Below are positions 18,207 through 26,404 of a stretch of DNA of 31,282 nucleotides, one piece after another. The notes beneath the pieces were generated by a model. That model was not told where the DNA came from. It saw nothing but the letters and a program-made list of their open reading frames with translations, and ran no database searches. Each line of letters begins with the position of its first letter. Positions within the stretch are counted from its first letter, which is position 1. The stretch comes from Bacteriovoracaceae bacterium. GTDB taxonomy: Bacteria; Bdellovibrionota; Bacteriovoracia; Bacteriovoracales; Bacteriovoracaceae. Both the position numbers and the translations under genes were made by a program. The stretch covers positions 1 through 31,282 of the forward strand of contig JBFGZE010000030.1 in assembly GCA_041586955.1 (NCBI GenBank), in the 5' to 3' direction.

Positions 18207-19097
18207 ATGAAATTAAGGACGATGATGACCGCTGGGTTGATGTGTCTTCTGGCCTTTTCAGCTCACACCAAGGAAAAGGTGGTTTACGGCGTTGACGATA
18301 GACTTGATTTATTTGAGACAATTAATCCTCTACATGCCCGCCTCGCAGCTTCAACTGCCGCAATGATACCCAACTATAAACTAGAGGCAAATCTCAATGA
18401 TGGAAAAGTCGGTATTAAAGGCTCAGTTTTAAAGAGTCGTGGGATTTGTGAAGATGCTCGCTTTGCTCAACAAATGACTTCAGCAAGTTGCTCAGGCTTT
18501 CTTGTGGCACCCGATCTTATCATAACCGCAGGGCATTGTATTCGCAGTGAAGGTGATTGTTCACAAAATTCATGGGTTTTTGATTTCGCCAAAATGACTG
18601 CTGATCAAAGTGAGACAGAATTTGCTGTTGACGAAAGTAAAGTTTATCGTTGTAAAGAAATTGTCGCTCGTGATCTATCTCGCTTTTCCAAAAATGATTT
18701 TGCACTTATCCGCCTCGAGAGGCCTGTCGCTGACCGCACACCTTTGACGGTTAGAACAGAAGGTCGTATCGAAGATCAAACTCCTCTCGTTATTATCGGT
18801 CACCCTACGGGGCTCCCGGTTAAAATTGCAGATGGGGCCTTTGTTCGTCGTAACGATAATGATGTGTTTTTTGTTGCTAACACTGATTCTTTCGGAGGTA
18901 ACTCTGGCAGTGCTGTTTTTAACTCTGATACTGGAGTGGTTGAAGGCATTCTTGTCCGCGGTGAACAAGACTATGTTTATGATGCTGGTCTTGGTTGTCG
19001 AGTCCCTCGAGTCTGTGACATGGACAGTTGTCGTGGTGAAGATATCACCCGCATTACCAATGTTAAGGCATTGATGGCCATATTAAAAAATCAATAG
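18207..19097 (+). CDS. Secreted trypsin-like (S1) serine protease, paralog 2
   Basis: Signal peptide; TAGHC / DFA / GGNSGSA triad; AAGGA SD; collinear with 14737-15612. Confidence 0.93.
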   Translation: MKLRTMMTAGLMCLLAFSAHTKEKVVYGVDDRLDLFETINPLHARLAASTAAMIPNYKLEANLNDGKVGIKGSVLKSRGICEDARFAQQMTSASCSGFLVAPDLIITAGHCIRSEGDCSQNSWVFDFAKMTADQSETEFAVDESKVYRCKEIVARDLSRFSKNDFALIRLERPVADRTPLTVRTEGRIEDQTPLVIIGHPTGLPVKIADGAFVRRNDNDVFFVANTDSFGGNSGSAVFNSDTGVVEGILVRGEQDYVYDAGLGCRVPRVCDMDSCRGEDITRITNVKALMAILKNQ

Positions 19098-19114
19098 AGT
19101 TCGACGGATTGAAT

Positions 19115-19139
19115 AAGGCACCTTTGGGTGTCTTTTTTT
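19115..19139 (+). terminator. Rho-independent terminator
   Basis: AAGGCACC-tttg-GGTGTCTT followed by a T run. Confidence 0.8.
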
Positions 19140-19152
19140 CGGTAACGAAAAT

Positions 19153-19176
19153 GCCTCCATGGATGGGGGTTTTTTT
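19153..19176 (+). terminator. Second hairpin with T-tract (may also serve the convergent SBP gene)
   Basis: GCCTCCAT-gg-ATGGGGGT followed by a T run. Confidence 0.55.
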
Positions 19177-19193
19177 GTCAAAACTTTCTGACT

Positions 19194-19970
19194 TCATTTA
19201 GTGTTATCTTTATATTTGCTGATGATGGACTTTATCGTCCCGTCTTCTTCCATTTTTTTAAGAGTTTCTTCTAACTGATACTTTAAGTTGCGAGGTATTG
19301 TTTTTTTTGAAAGAACCATATAGGTCGGCCAAGAGAGGGCAATAAGAGGGGCCTTCGTTTCTTGATCATTGATCACCTTTACTTTATCTGCCAGTCCCAT
19401 TCTGTTAAGTTCGAAAGCGATCACTGAATAATCGGCGACAATAAGGTCGACTCGATTTCTATTGAGAAGTAAAATACTTTGGCGACTGGAGTCAACACCA
19501 ATAATTTCCCTGAAATGTTTTTGATCCATGGCCTTACGCAATCTTCCCTGGCCGTACAGGTAGCCGTTTCTAACACCAAGTCGCAAATTATTCGCGTTGG
19601 AGAAGTTTTTGTTGAGCTGGATTTTACTGTCCTTTTTGGCCAAGAAAACATACTTTTGCCAGATCAGGGGATGCTCAACGTAATAGGCCCATTTCTGCCT
19701 TCTATCATTTTTTCCGGCGTTAAAGAGGATGTCATACTTTCCTTTTTTGACACTTAGAACCGCTCTTTTCCAGGGCAGAAAAGTGATATCAATACCATGG
19801 CCTAATCGTTGAAGGGACTCCTTTATGATGTCGACTGCTAAGCCTTTAATCATGTTATTTTCACGATACTGATAAGGAGGGTAATCAAGAGTGGCACCCT
19901 TAAACGTTTTACCAAATGTTAATGAGGTTGATAGAAGGGATAATATTAAAATTACATTTCTAGATATCAT
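19194..19970 (-). CDS. Periplasmic solute-binding protein, family 3 (orphan)
   Basis: Signal peptide; DYPPY..IKGLAVDII, LPWKRA...VKKGKYD, RVDLIV, KMEEDGTIKSIISKY. Confidence 0.88.
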   Translation of the reverse strand: MISRNVILILSLLSTSLTFGKTFKGATLDYPPYQYRENNMIKGLAVDIIKESLQRLGHGIDITFLPWKRAVLSVKKGKYDILFNAGKNDRRQKWAYYVEHPLIWQKYVFLAKKDSKIQLNKNFSNANNLRLGVRNGYLYGQGRLRKAMDQKHFREIIGVDSSRQSILLLNRNRVDLIVADYSVIAFELNRMGLADKVKVINDQETKAPLIALSWPTYMVLSKKTIPRNLKYQLEETLKKMEEDGTIKSIISKYKDNTK

Positions 19971-20104
19971 AACGACCTATTTGGGTGAAATAAACACCGC
20001 CCAAGGGTAAGGATCTTAGTCATGAAATACAAGGGGCTTAAGAGGCGGTTTTCTGTTGGCAAGCTCATATTCATGATCAAATAAATATAGATGACCAAAA
20101 GGAT

Positions 20105-20143
20105 AAGGTGCTTTTAAGAGGAGTGAGCTCTTAAAAGCACCTT
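20105..20143. repeat. Perfect 16-bp inverted repeat (likely minus-strand terminator hairpin)
   Basis: AAGGTGCTTTTAAGAG-7 nt-CTCTTAAAAGCACCTT; on the minus strand it is followed by ATCCTTTT. Confidence 0.75.
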
Positions 20144-20220
20144 GATGGAGGGGGTGTTAACCTTTATTTGGGATGATTATAGAGACCTTGAAATGGTCTA
20201 CGGAGGGAAGACTATCATTG

Positions 20221-20418
20221 TTAACTTAATAGGTGAGTACCTTTGTTGATGATGAGGTTTTTCGTTAAAATGGTTCCTAACTTTTCATTTTTGATAGTGG
20301 TGGAGTGAAGGGGACCTTGAAGAGGAATTTTAGGCCCGCTTTGGTTTATCAAGTGATGGCCTCCTGACATGAATGTAAAGGAAGTGATAAAAAATAAAGT
20401 CATAAGTAATCGCGGCAT
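20221..20418 (-). CDS. Hypothetical 65-aa protein with hydrophobic N-terminus
   Basis: Purine-rich GAGAGGGAGA SD; signal-like N-terminus MPRLLMTLFFITSFTF; no recognised family. Confidence 0.5.
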   Translation of the reverse strand: MPRLLMTLFFITSFTFMSGGHHLINQSGPKIPLQGPLHSTTIKNEKLGTILTKNLIINKGTHLLS

Positions 20419-20584
20419 TTTCTCCCTCTCATGAGTATGAAAATTTTCTCAATGGTTTTTATTTAGCCACAAATGTCTTAGTATAAAAAGTGTTGCTTAA
20501 AAAGAGGCCCTGTAAATCCTTCATGATCATTTAATCAATGAAGTTTCGGAGAGGTTTGAGACGTTTAAGTAGACCTATAGGTAT

Positions 20585-21553
20585 TTAAGAGATGTTAACT
20601 TGGTACTTCAAGGGTTTATTTTCCAGTCCAAGAACACAATTTTCCGCTGCTAAAAGGGCCATCTCTTGCCTTGCCTCTTTCGTCGCTGAACCAATGTGAG
20701 GGGTAATAAGACATTCTGGGAGCTGGAGAAGGGGATGTTCTGGTGATAACGGCTCAGGCGAAGTGACATCGAGAGCAGCACCTGCCAAATGACCATTTTG
20801 GAGAAGGACAAGGAGGTCGTCTTGATTAAGAACGTCACCGCGAGAGGTGTTGATGACGTAAGAGCCGTGGGGTAAAAGGCCGAGAACTGAATGATTAATG
20901 AGGCCTTGAGTTTGTTCATTGAGTGAACAATGAAGAGATAAGATATCACTATGCCGCGCCAATTCGGTTAAACTTTGATGGTATTTTGCCTGGCAATATT
21001 TTTCAACTTCTGGCCTTCTGCGGGGAGAGTGATAATGGACGGCCATGGAGAAGCCGTGATACGCACGCCTTGCTACTTTTGCCGCAATGGCACCCATGCC
21101 AACAATACCAAGGCGGAGACAACCTAAGTCTCGTCCAAGAAGGCCCTGAGGTTCCCAAGCTCCCCAAGTGCCACGACGAACTTGAGATTGGCCTTGAGGC
21201 AATTTCCGGACGACGGCCAGTATTAAGGCCATGGTTAAATCAGCGGTGGCATCGGTAAGGACATGAGGGGTATGGCCAACGGGAATATTGAGAGAACTGG
21301 CGAATTGTATATTGATATTGTCGACACCAACTGCCATTTGTGAAATGCATTTTAAATGTGATAGCGCCTGAATCACTTCTTGATCGATGCAATCGTTAAT
21401 TGTAGTGATCAGGCCATGGGCATCTTGTGCTTTTTCTATTAACTCTTGTTTGTTTAAAGGAATGCTAGAGTCATGGTAATCCCATTCGATCCCTTTTTCT
21501 GTGAGGTAGTCGCAGGCATTGGTGGGGATGGGTCCAGATATAAACACTTTCAT
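20585..21553 (-). CDS. D-isomer-specific 2-hydroxyacid dehydrogenase (glyoxylate/hydroxypyruvate reductase-like)
   Basis: AVGVDNI, LTDATAD, GIVGMGAI, INTSRG, LDVTSPEP, TPHIGSAT; ATG 21553 with AAGGAG SD. Confidence 0.92.
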   Translation of the reverse strand: MKVFISGPIPTNACDYLTEKGIEWDYHDSSIPLNKQELIEKAQDAHGLITTINDCIDQEVIQALSHLKCISQMAVGVDNINIQFASSLNIPVGHTPHVLTDATADLTMALILAVVRKLPQGQSQVRRGTWGAWEPQGLLGRDLGCLRLGIVGMGAIAAKVARRAYHGFSMAVHYHSPRRRPEVEKYCQAKYHQSLTELARHSDILSLHCSLNEQTQGLINHSVLGLLPHGSYVINTSRGDVLNQDDLLVLLQNGHLAGAALDVTSPEPLSPEHPLLQLPECLITPHIGSATKEARQEMALLAAENCVLGLENKPLKYQVNIS

Positions 21554-21686
21554 AGACGGATCTCCTTGAAGCAAAGATAGTAAAAGTTAGAGAATAGATC
21601 TTTATTATTTTATAGGAAATTAGAGATAATAGCATGTCACATTTTGAAACTTGACTAAAAAACTATTTTTTGCGCACGGAGGCCAT

Positions 21687-23024
21687 ATGAAAACAAGTTT
21701 ATTAGTAGCCCTAATTATCTTTTGGAGTTGCAGTTCACAGGCATCTCTCATTGCTATTATTGATTCCGGTACAGATATGAAGCACGATGCTATCAAGGAG
21801 TCGGCCTGGAATAATTCTGTCGATATTCCGATGAATGATCGGGATGAGGATTTTAATGGGTATCAAGATGATTTTTACGGTTGGAACTTTGCTGAGTCAA
21901 ATAGCCAGGTCATCGATTATAATTATCTTGGTACTTTGAATGACAAGATCCGTCGCTTTTTTGATATCCAAACCACCATTTTAATGGGGACAGCATCACG
22001 CGGTGATGTTGATTGGGCACGTGGGCAATTAAAGGACCCCGCCTTTATTAAACGTATTTCTATTTATGGAAATTTTATGCACGGGACACATGTCGCTGGT
22101 ATTGCCTTAAAGCAATCTCCTGAGAGTCAGATTCTTGCGGCCAAGATTATTCCCACTGAGGCAAAATTACCTGGTCAAAAGTTAAACTCTGAAAAGGGTC
22201 TTGGAACTTTTCTTTTAAAGAAAGGACTTGGCGTCTTGGCCGGCCAACAAATGAAGTTAATGGCCGAAGTGGCGGCTTATATTGATGGGCATAAGGCCCT
22301 TATCGCGAATGGTAGCTTTGGTACCGGTTACCCCCAATCTAAAAAAATTGTCGAAACCTTGGCAAAAACTTTTCTTCGTCGGGAGTTAACGAAAGAGGAA
22401 AGTCACGAGGTGACATTACATTTTTTGGAGACTCTTTTAAAAAAGGGACATAAAATGGTCGAAGCGGCTCCTAATACTCTTTTTGTCTTCGCCGCTGGTA
22501 ATGATGGCCTGAATAATGATCAATTTCCTGTGTCGCCAACAAATATTGATGCCCCCAATGTCATCTCTGTGGCGGCAACAGCCGGTATGAGAGGATTGGC
22601 CCCCTTCAGTAATTATGGCCTTAAGGTTCATGTCGCCGCCCCTGGCGTTGGAATTCAATCAACTGTTCCTGGCAATGAATATTTGGCGGTTAGTGGGACA
22701 TCTCAAGCGGCGCCCTATGTTGCTGGCGTTGCAGCTTCGATCCGTGATTTAAATGACCAATTAACACCTGCGGAAGTCAAGGCCCTTCTCATTAAGACTG
22801 TGGATCATAGAGACGATCTCAATGGTAAGATTCTCTCTGGTGGAATTATTAATGCTGATCGGGCCAAAGAAGCCGCTCGCTTAAGCCGTCAAATGACCTT
22901 GGAGCAGGCCATTGAAGTGGCAAAAAATGATATCGCAGATCGTCCTCAAATTGGTTATAAGTCAAATCATGAACTCGTGAATATGCCTGGTATGGTATTA
23001 CCCCTACCAAACCCATTTAGATAA
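21687..23024 (+). CDS. Secreted S8 subtilisin-like serine protease, copy 1
   Basis: IAIIDSG / HGTHVAG / AAGN / GTSQAAP; ATG 21687 after GGAGG SD; signal peptide. Confidence 0.95.
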   Translation: MKTSLLVALIIFWSCSSQASLIAIIDSGTDMKHDAIKESAWNNSVDIPMNDRDEDFNGYQDDFYGWNFAESNSQVIDYNYLGTLNDKIRRFFDIQTTILMGTASRGDVDWARGQLKDPAFIKRISIYGNFMHGTHVAGIALKQSPESQILAAKIIPTEAKLPGQKLNSEKGLGTFLLKKGLGVLAGQQMKLMAEVAAYIDGHKALIANGSFGTGYPQSKKIVETLAKTFLRRELTKEESHEVTLHFLETLLKKGHKMVEAAPNTLFVFAAGNDGLNNDQFPVSPTNIDAPNVISVAATAGMRGLAPFSNYGLKVHVAAPGVGIQSTVPGNEYLAVSGTSQAAPYVAGVAASIRDLNDQLTPAEVKALLIKTVDHRDDLNGKILSGGIINADRAKEAARLSRQMTLEQAIEVAKNDIADRPQIGYKSNHELVNMPGMVLPLPNPFR

Positions 23025-23050
23025 GAGCTTAGCTTTTAACGAAGTTCTTT

Positions 23051-23078
23051 GGGAGGTCTTTGGACCTCCCTTTTTTTT
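23051..23078 (+). terminator. Rho-independent terminator
   Basis: GGGAGGTC-tttg-GACCTCCC followed by T8. Confidence 0.9.
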
Positions 23079-23173
23079 CTGAAAAAAAATAATTGAAATC
23101 CATAAATAGCTAGATAAAAATTTTGAGTTTTGTTAATGTGAGGCAATTTTTATTTATCATTCAGGGAGGATGT

Positions 23174-24520
23174 ATGAAAAAGTTACTCTTAATTGCTTTT
23201 CTGAGTCTCATTAGTGTTTACGCCGACGCATCTCTCATTAGTATTATTGATTCTGGTGTGGATATGCTTCATGAATCTATTAAAGACGCTGCCTGGACTA
23301 ATTCAAAAGAAATTCCGATGAATCGAAAGGACGACGATCGAAATGGTTATAAAGATGATTACTTCGGGTGGAATTTTGTTAGAAATAATAATCAAGTGAT
23401 TGATTATCGTTACCTTGGTCTCCTTGATAAAGATACCCGTCGCTTTTTTGAAATTCAAACAAAAGAAATCCGTGATGAAGCGACCCAAGAAGAAAAAGAT
23501 TGGGTAAAAACGATGATGAAAAAGAAAGTATTTTTAAAGCGCCTGATCACCTATGCTAATTTTATGCATGGGACTCATGTCGCTGGGATTGCGGCGAAAG
23601 GTAACCCTGGAGTCAAAGTGATGGCGGTAAAAGTCATCCCAACTGAGATTCGTTTTTTGAATCATCTTATCAACGATTTAAAAAATGTTGAAGATAAGGG
23701 CCTTATTACTTTTTTATTAAAGCAGGCCTTGAGCTTTGTGGCCAAACTCCAAGTGAAGTCTATGGTCAAAGTGGCCAAGTATATCGATGGCCATCAAGTT
23801 AAAATTGCCAACGCTAGTTTTGCTATTCCTTATAATATGACTGTCACTCGTATGAAAAGATTATTAAAGGGTTTTTTGAGTGAAAGTGATATCAAGGACG
23901 TGGTGGCCGATTATATTAATACTCTCGGACGGGAAGGAGTAGAGATCGTGAAGGCCGCACCCAATACTCTTTTTGTTTTTGCTGCAGGCAATGAATCCCT
24001 TGATAATAGTCAGCTACCAACTTTTCCCGCCAATATCAAAGCGCCGAATGTTATAGTTGTGGGTGCCTCGGTTGGACTAGGAAAATTGGCCAAGTTTAGT
24101 AATTTTGGCCGAGAGGTTCATCTTGCTGCTCCGGGAGTGGGGATTGAATCTTCTGTTCCTGGCAATCAATACCTAGCACTTAGTGGTACCTCGCAGGCAG
24201 CACCTTATGTTGCTGGTATCGCCGGTAGTATGGCCCTTCTCAATCCCGCCTTAACACCTGAGCAATTAAAAACCATTATTGTCGACACCGTTGATAAGGT
24301 GGAAGGCCTTGTGGGTCAAGTGTCATCTGAAGGTGTTATTAACGGAGAGCGGGCGAAGGAAGCGGCTCGCTTAAGTCAGCAAACTGGGGTGCAGCCGGCC
24401 ATTGCCATTGCCATTGATGCGATACCAGATAAGTTGGCAGAGGATTATCTCTTAGCTCCTGCTATTGACGAGGAGAATTTATGGGTTAACCCACTTCCTA
24501 ATCCGTTTCCAATTAAATAA
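23174..24520 (+). CDS. Secreted S8 subtilisin-like serine protease, copy 2
   Basis: ISIIDSG / HGTHVAG / AAGN / GTSQAAP; ATG 23174 after GGAGG SD; collinear with copy 1. Confidence 0.95.
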   Translation: MKKLLLIAFLSLISVYADASLISIIDSGVDMLHESIKDAAWTNSKEIPMNRKDDDRNGYKDDYFGWNFVRNNNQVIDYRYLGLLDKDTRRFFEIQTKEIRDEATQEEKDWVKTMMKKKVFLKRLITYANFMHGTHVAGIAAKGNPGVKVMAVKVIPTEIRFLNHLINDLKNVEDKGLITFLLKQALSFVAKLQVKSMVKVAKYIDGHQVKIANASFAIPYNMTVTRMKRLLKGFLSESDIKDVVADYINTLGREGVEIVKAAPNTLFVFAAGNESLDNSQLPTFPANIKAPNVIVVGASVGLGKLAKFSNFGREVHLAAPGVGIESSVPGNQYLALSGTSQAAPYVAGIAGSMALLNPALTPEQLKTIIVDTVDKVEGLVGQVSSEGVINGERAKEAARLSQQTGVQPAIAIAIDAIPDKLAEDYLLAPAIDEENLWVNPLPNPFPIK

Positions 24521-24545
24521 TTAATTGATTGTATTTTTCAAAATG

Positions 24546-24571
24546 AAAAGGGACTGGAAGGTCCCTTTTTT
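24546..24571 (+). terminator. Rho-independent terminator
   Basis: AAAAGGGAC-loop-GTCCCTTTTTT. Confidence 0.85.
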
Positions 24572-24669
24572 AGTATTAATGCTATTGTGTTTTAAGATTA
24601 ATGACGCATTTACTTAAAAGTAAAAATTTCCTCTATAGGATAGAGGGTTTTTTATGGCATAATCAATTT

Positions 24670-26019
24670 ATGTTTAGAGTATTACTTGTAGATTCTGGGG
24701 AGCAGATCCTCGAAATATTACCTATTCTTCTGATATCGGAATATAATTTCGAATTCGTGGCAGCATCGAGTCTTGCCGAGGCGATTAAGCACCTTGAGTC
24801 GAAAGAATTCCAATTGATTATTTCTGAATACCAATTAGATGATGGAAATGCCGTTCCTCTCTATGAAAAGGGCCTGGCCCAATTGGGAATTCCCTTTATC
24901 CTTTATTCTGATCGCCCATTAGATGATTGCCAAGGCCTTGAAAACTTTCTCACCGGACATCATCAAAATCGTTTGGTGACAAAGTCCGGAGGTCTTGACC
25001 CTTTACTCGCGGTGATTCAAGACTGCATGGTGATTACAGAAGGTGATTTGCAATCTGCCCAAAGTGACCCCTATAGACCAATCCCCATTCATTTTTTTAA
25101 AAAATACCAACCTCAAGGGGTTTCTCTTTTTATTAAATTGAGTGAGCATAAGTATGTAAAGGCCTTTCTTGAGGGGGAGATTGATCAAGAGCGCTTAGAT
25201 CATTATTTAGAAAAGAAATTAGATTGCTTTTATATTCAAAGGGAAGACTTTCCCAAATTGCGGGTTGACTTAAAAAGCCTTTTACAATCGCAACAGGCAA
25301 GTGAATTCCAAGAATTATCATTTGCCCAAGATGTTCTTGGCCTTAATTTTGATCTTTGTTTTGACTGCATGAAAGAATTAGGATTGGACGAAGAGCAATT
25401 GGAGAGTGTTAACAAGGGTGTGAATAATACCATTGATCTGGTTAAAAATAATAATGATCTCTTTGGTCTATTTAAACAATTAAAGAAAACGGGATCTTTT
25501 CTTAAAGATCATTCACTTTTAACTCTTTACATCGCAGGGCCTATCGCCATTGAAATTGGCGAATGGGACAGTAACGTTGTTATTGAAAAAATGGGATTAG
25601 CGGCCTTCTTCCACGACTTTGGTTTAAGCAAAGAAGAGCTAGTTATTGTGGAAAATGAGTCTTTTAGTAATTTACGTTTAGATAAAGAGAACCTTAAGGC
25701 CTTACGCAATCACCCCAGAAAAGCTGTTGAACTTTTAGACCCCTTTGATGAGCTCAGTCTGGATACGCTTAGTATAATTGAGCACCATCATGAATTGCCT
25801 GATGGCAGTGGGTATCCTGATGGACTAAAAGGAAGTGAGATCACAGAGCTAGGAGCACTTTTTAATTTTTCCCATAATTTGGCGTGCTTTATTATCCAAA
25901 ATGATTACGATATGAAGAAAATCCGAGGCTTTCTTATGATGAATAAAAGGCTTTATTCTGTCGGTCATTATTTAAGGCCCTATCAGACCTTCTGTAAGAT
26001 GATTGGTTTTAAATCTTAG
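24670..26019 (+). CDS. Receiver-like domain plus HD-GYP domain protein (degenerate)
   Basis: N-terminal REC pattern (RVLLVD..LIISEY..PFILYS..VTK); C-terminal FHDFG, HP, HHELPDGSGYP; start ATG 24670 inferred from the REC boundary. Confidence 0.85.
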   Translation: MFRVLLVDSGEQILEILPILLISEYNFEFVAASSLAEAIKHLESKEFQLIISEYQLDDGNAVPLYEKGLAQLGIPFILYSDRPLDDCQGLENFLTGHHQNRLVTKSGGLDPLLAVIQDCMVITEGDLQSAQSDPYRPIPIHFFKKYQPQGVSLFIKLSEHKYVKAFLEGEIDQERLDHYLEKKLDCFYIQREDFPKLRVDLKSLLQSQQASEFQELSFAQDVLGLNFDLCFDCMKELGLDEEQLESVNKGVNNTIDLVKNNNDLFGLFKQLKKTGSFLKDHSLLTLYIAGPIAIEIGEWDSNVVIEKMGLAAFFHDFGLSKEELVIVENESFSNLRLDKENLKALRNHPRKAVELLDPFDELSLDTLSIIEHHHELPDGSGYPDGLKGSEITELGALFNFSHNLACFIIQNDYDMKKIRGFLMMNKRLYSVGHYLRPYQTFCKMIGFKS

Positions 26020-26219
26020 AAGATATTGAGTTTCTTCATTAAAGTAACAACATTTTGATAAGTTTTGGTATCTTTAGGAGTCATTAGAAAATTATGAATA
26101 CCCTGAGTCAGATTATGATTTTTTTTGATAATTTTATCTGCTTGTACCGCCGTTGAACCCTCATTTTTAAGAATTTCGGCCTGGCGTCTTAGCTGGTCAG
26201 TTGGATTAAAAATTTTCAT
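26016..26219 (-). CDS. Hypothetical 67-aa protein
   Basis: ATG ORF filling the gap, stop overlapping the convergent HD-GYP stop; no clear SD. Confidence 0.5.
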   Translation of the reverse strand: MKIFNPTDQLRRQAEILKNEGSTAVQADKIIKKNHNLTQGIHNFLMTPKDTKTYQNVVTLMKKLNIF

Positions 26220-26347
26220 ACAAAACTAGTCGGGCTTTCTTCTTCAAAACTTTAATAATTTTTTCTAAGTCATTGAATTGGCGATGACGTTGCCGAGGTG
26301 GGTACTGTCTCAAGTCTGTGATTTGTGGTGCGCCCAAATTTTAGGCG

Positions 26348-26379
26348 AAAAAAAAGGCCTTCAAGTGAAGGCCTTTTTT
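26348..26379 (-). terminator. Rho-independent terminator of nrdB-nrdA (bidirectional form)
   Basis: A8-GGCCTTCA-ag-TGAAGGCC-T6. Confidence 0.9.
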
Positions 26380-26404
26380 AATTTAAATTGATTTAAAGGC
26401 TGCT

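Noticed and set aside
15636..26379. Recurring AAGGCC-stem hairpins as a REP-like repeat family
   Set aside because: Loops and stems differ and each sits at a gene end with a T/A run; ordinary terminators
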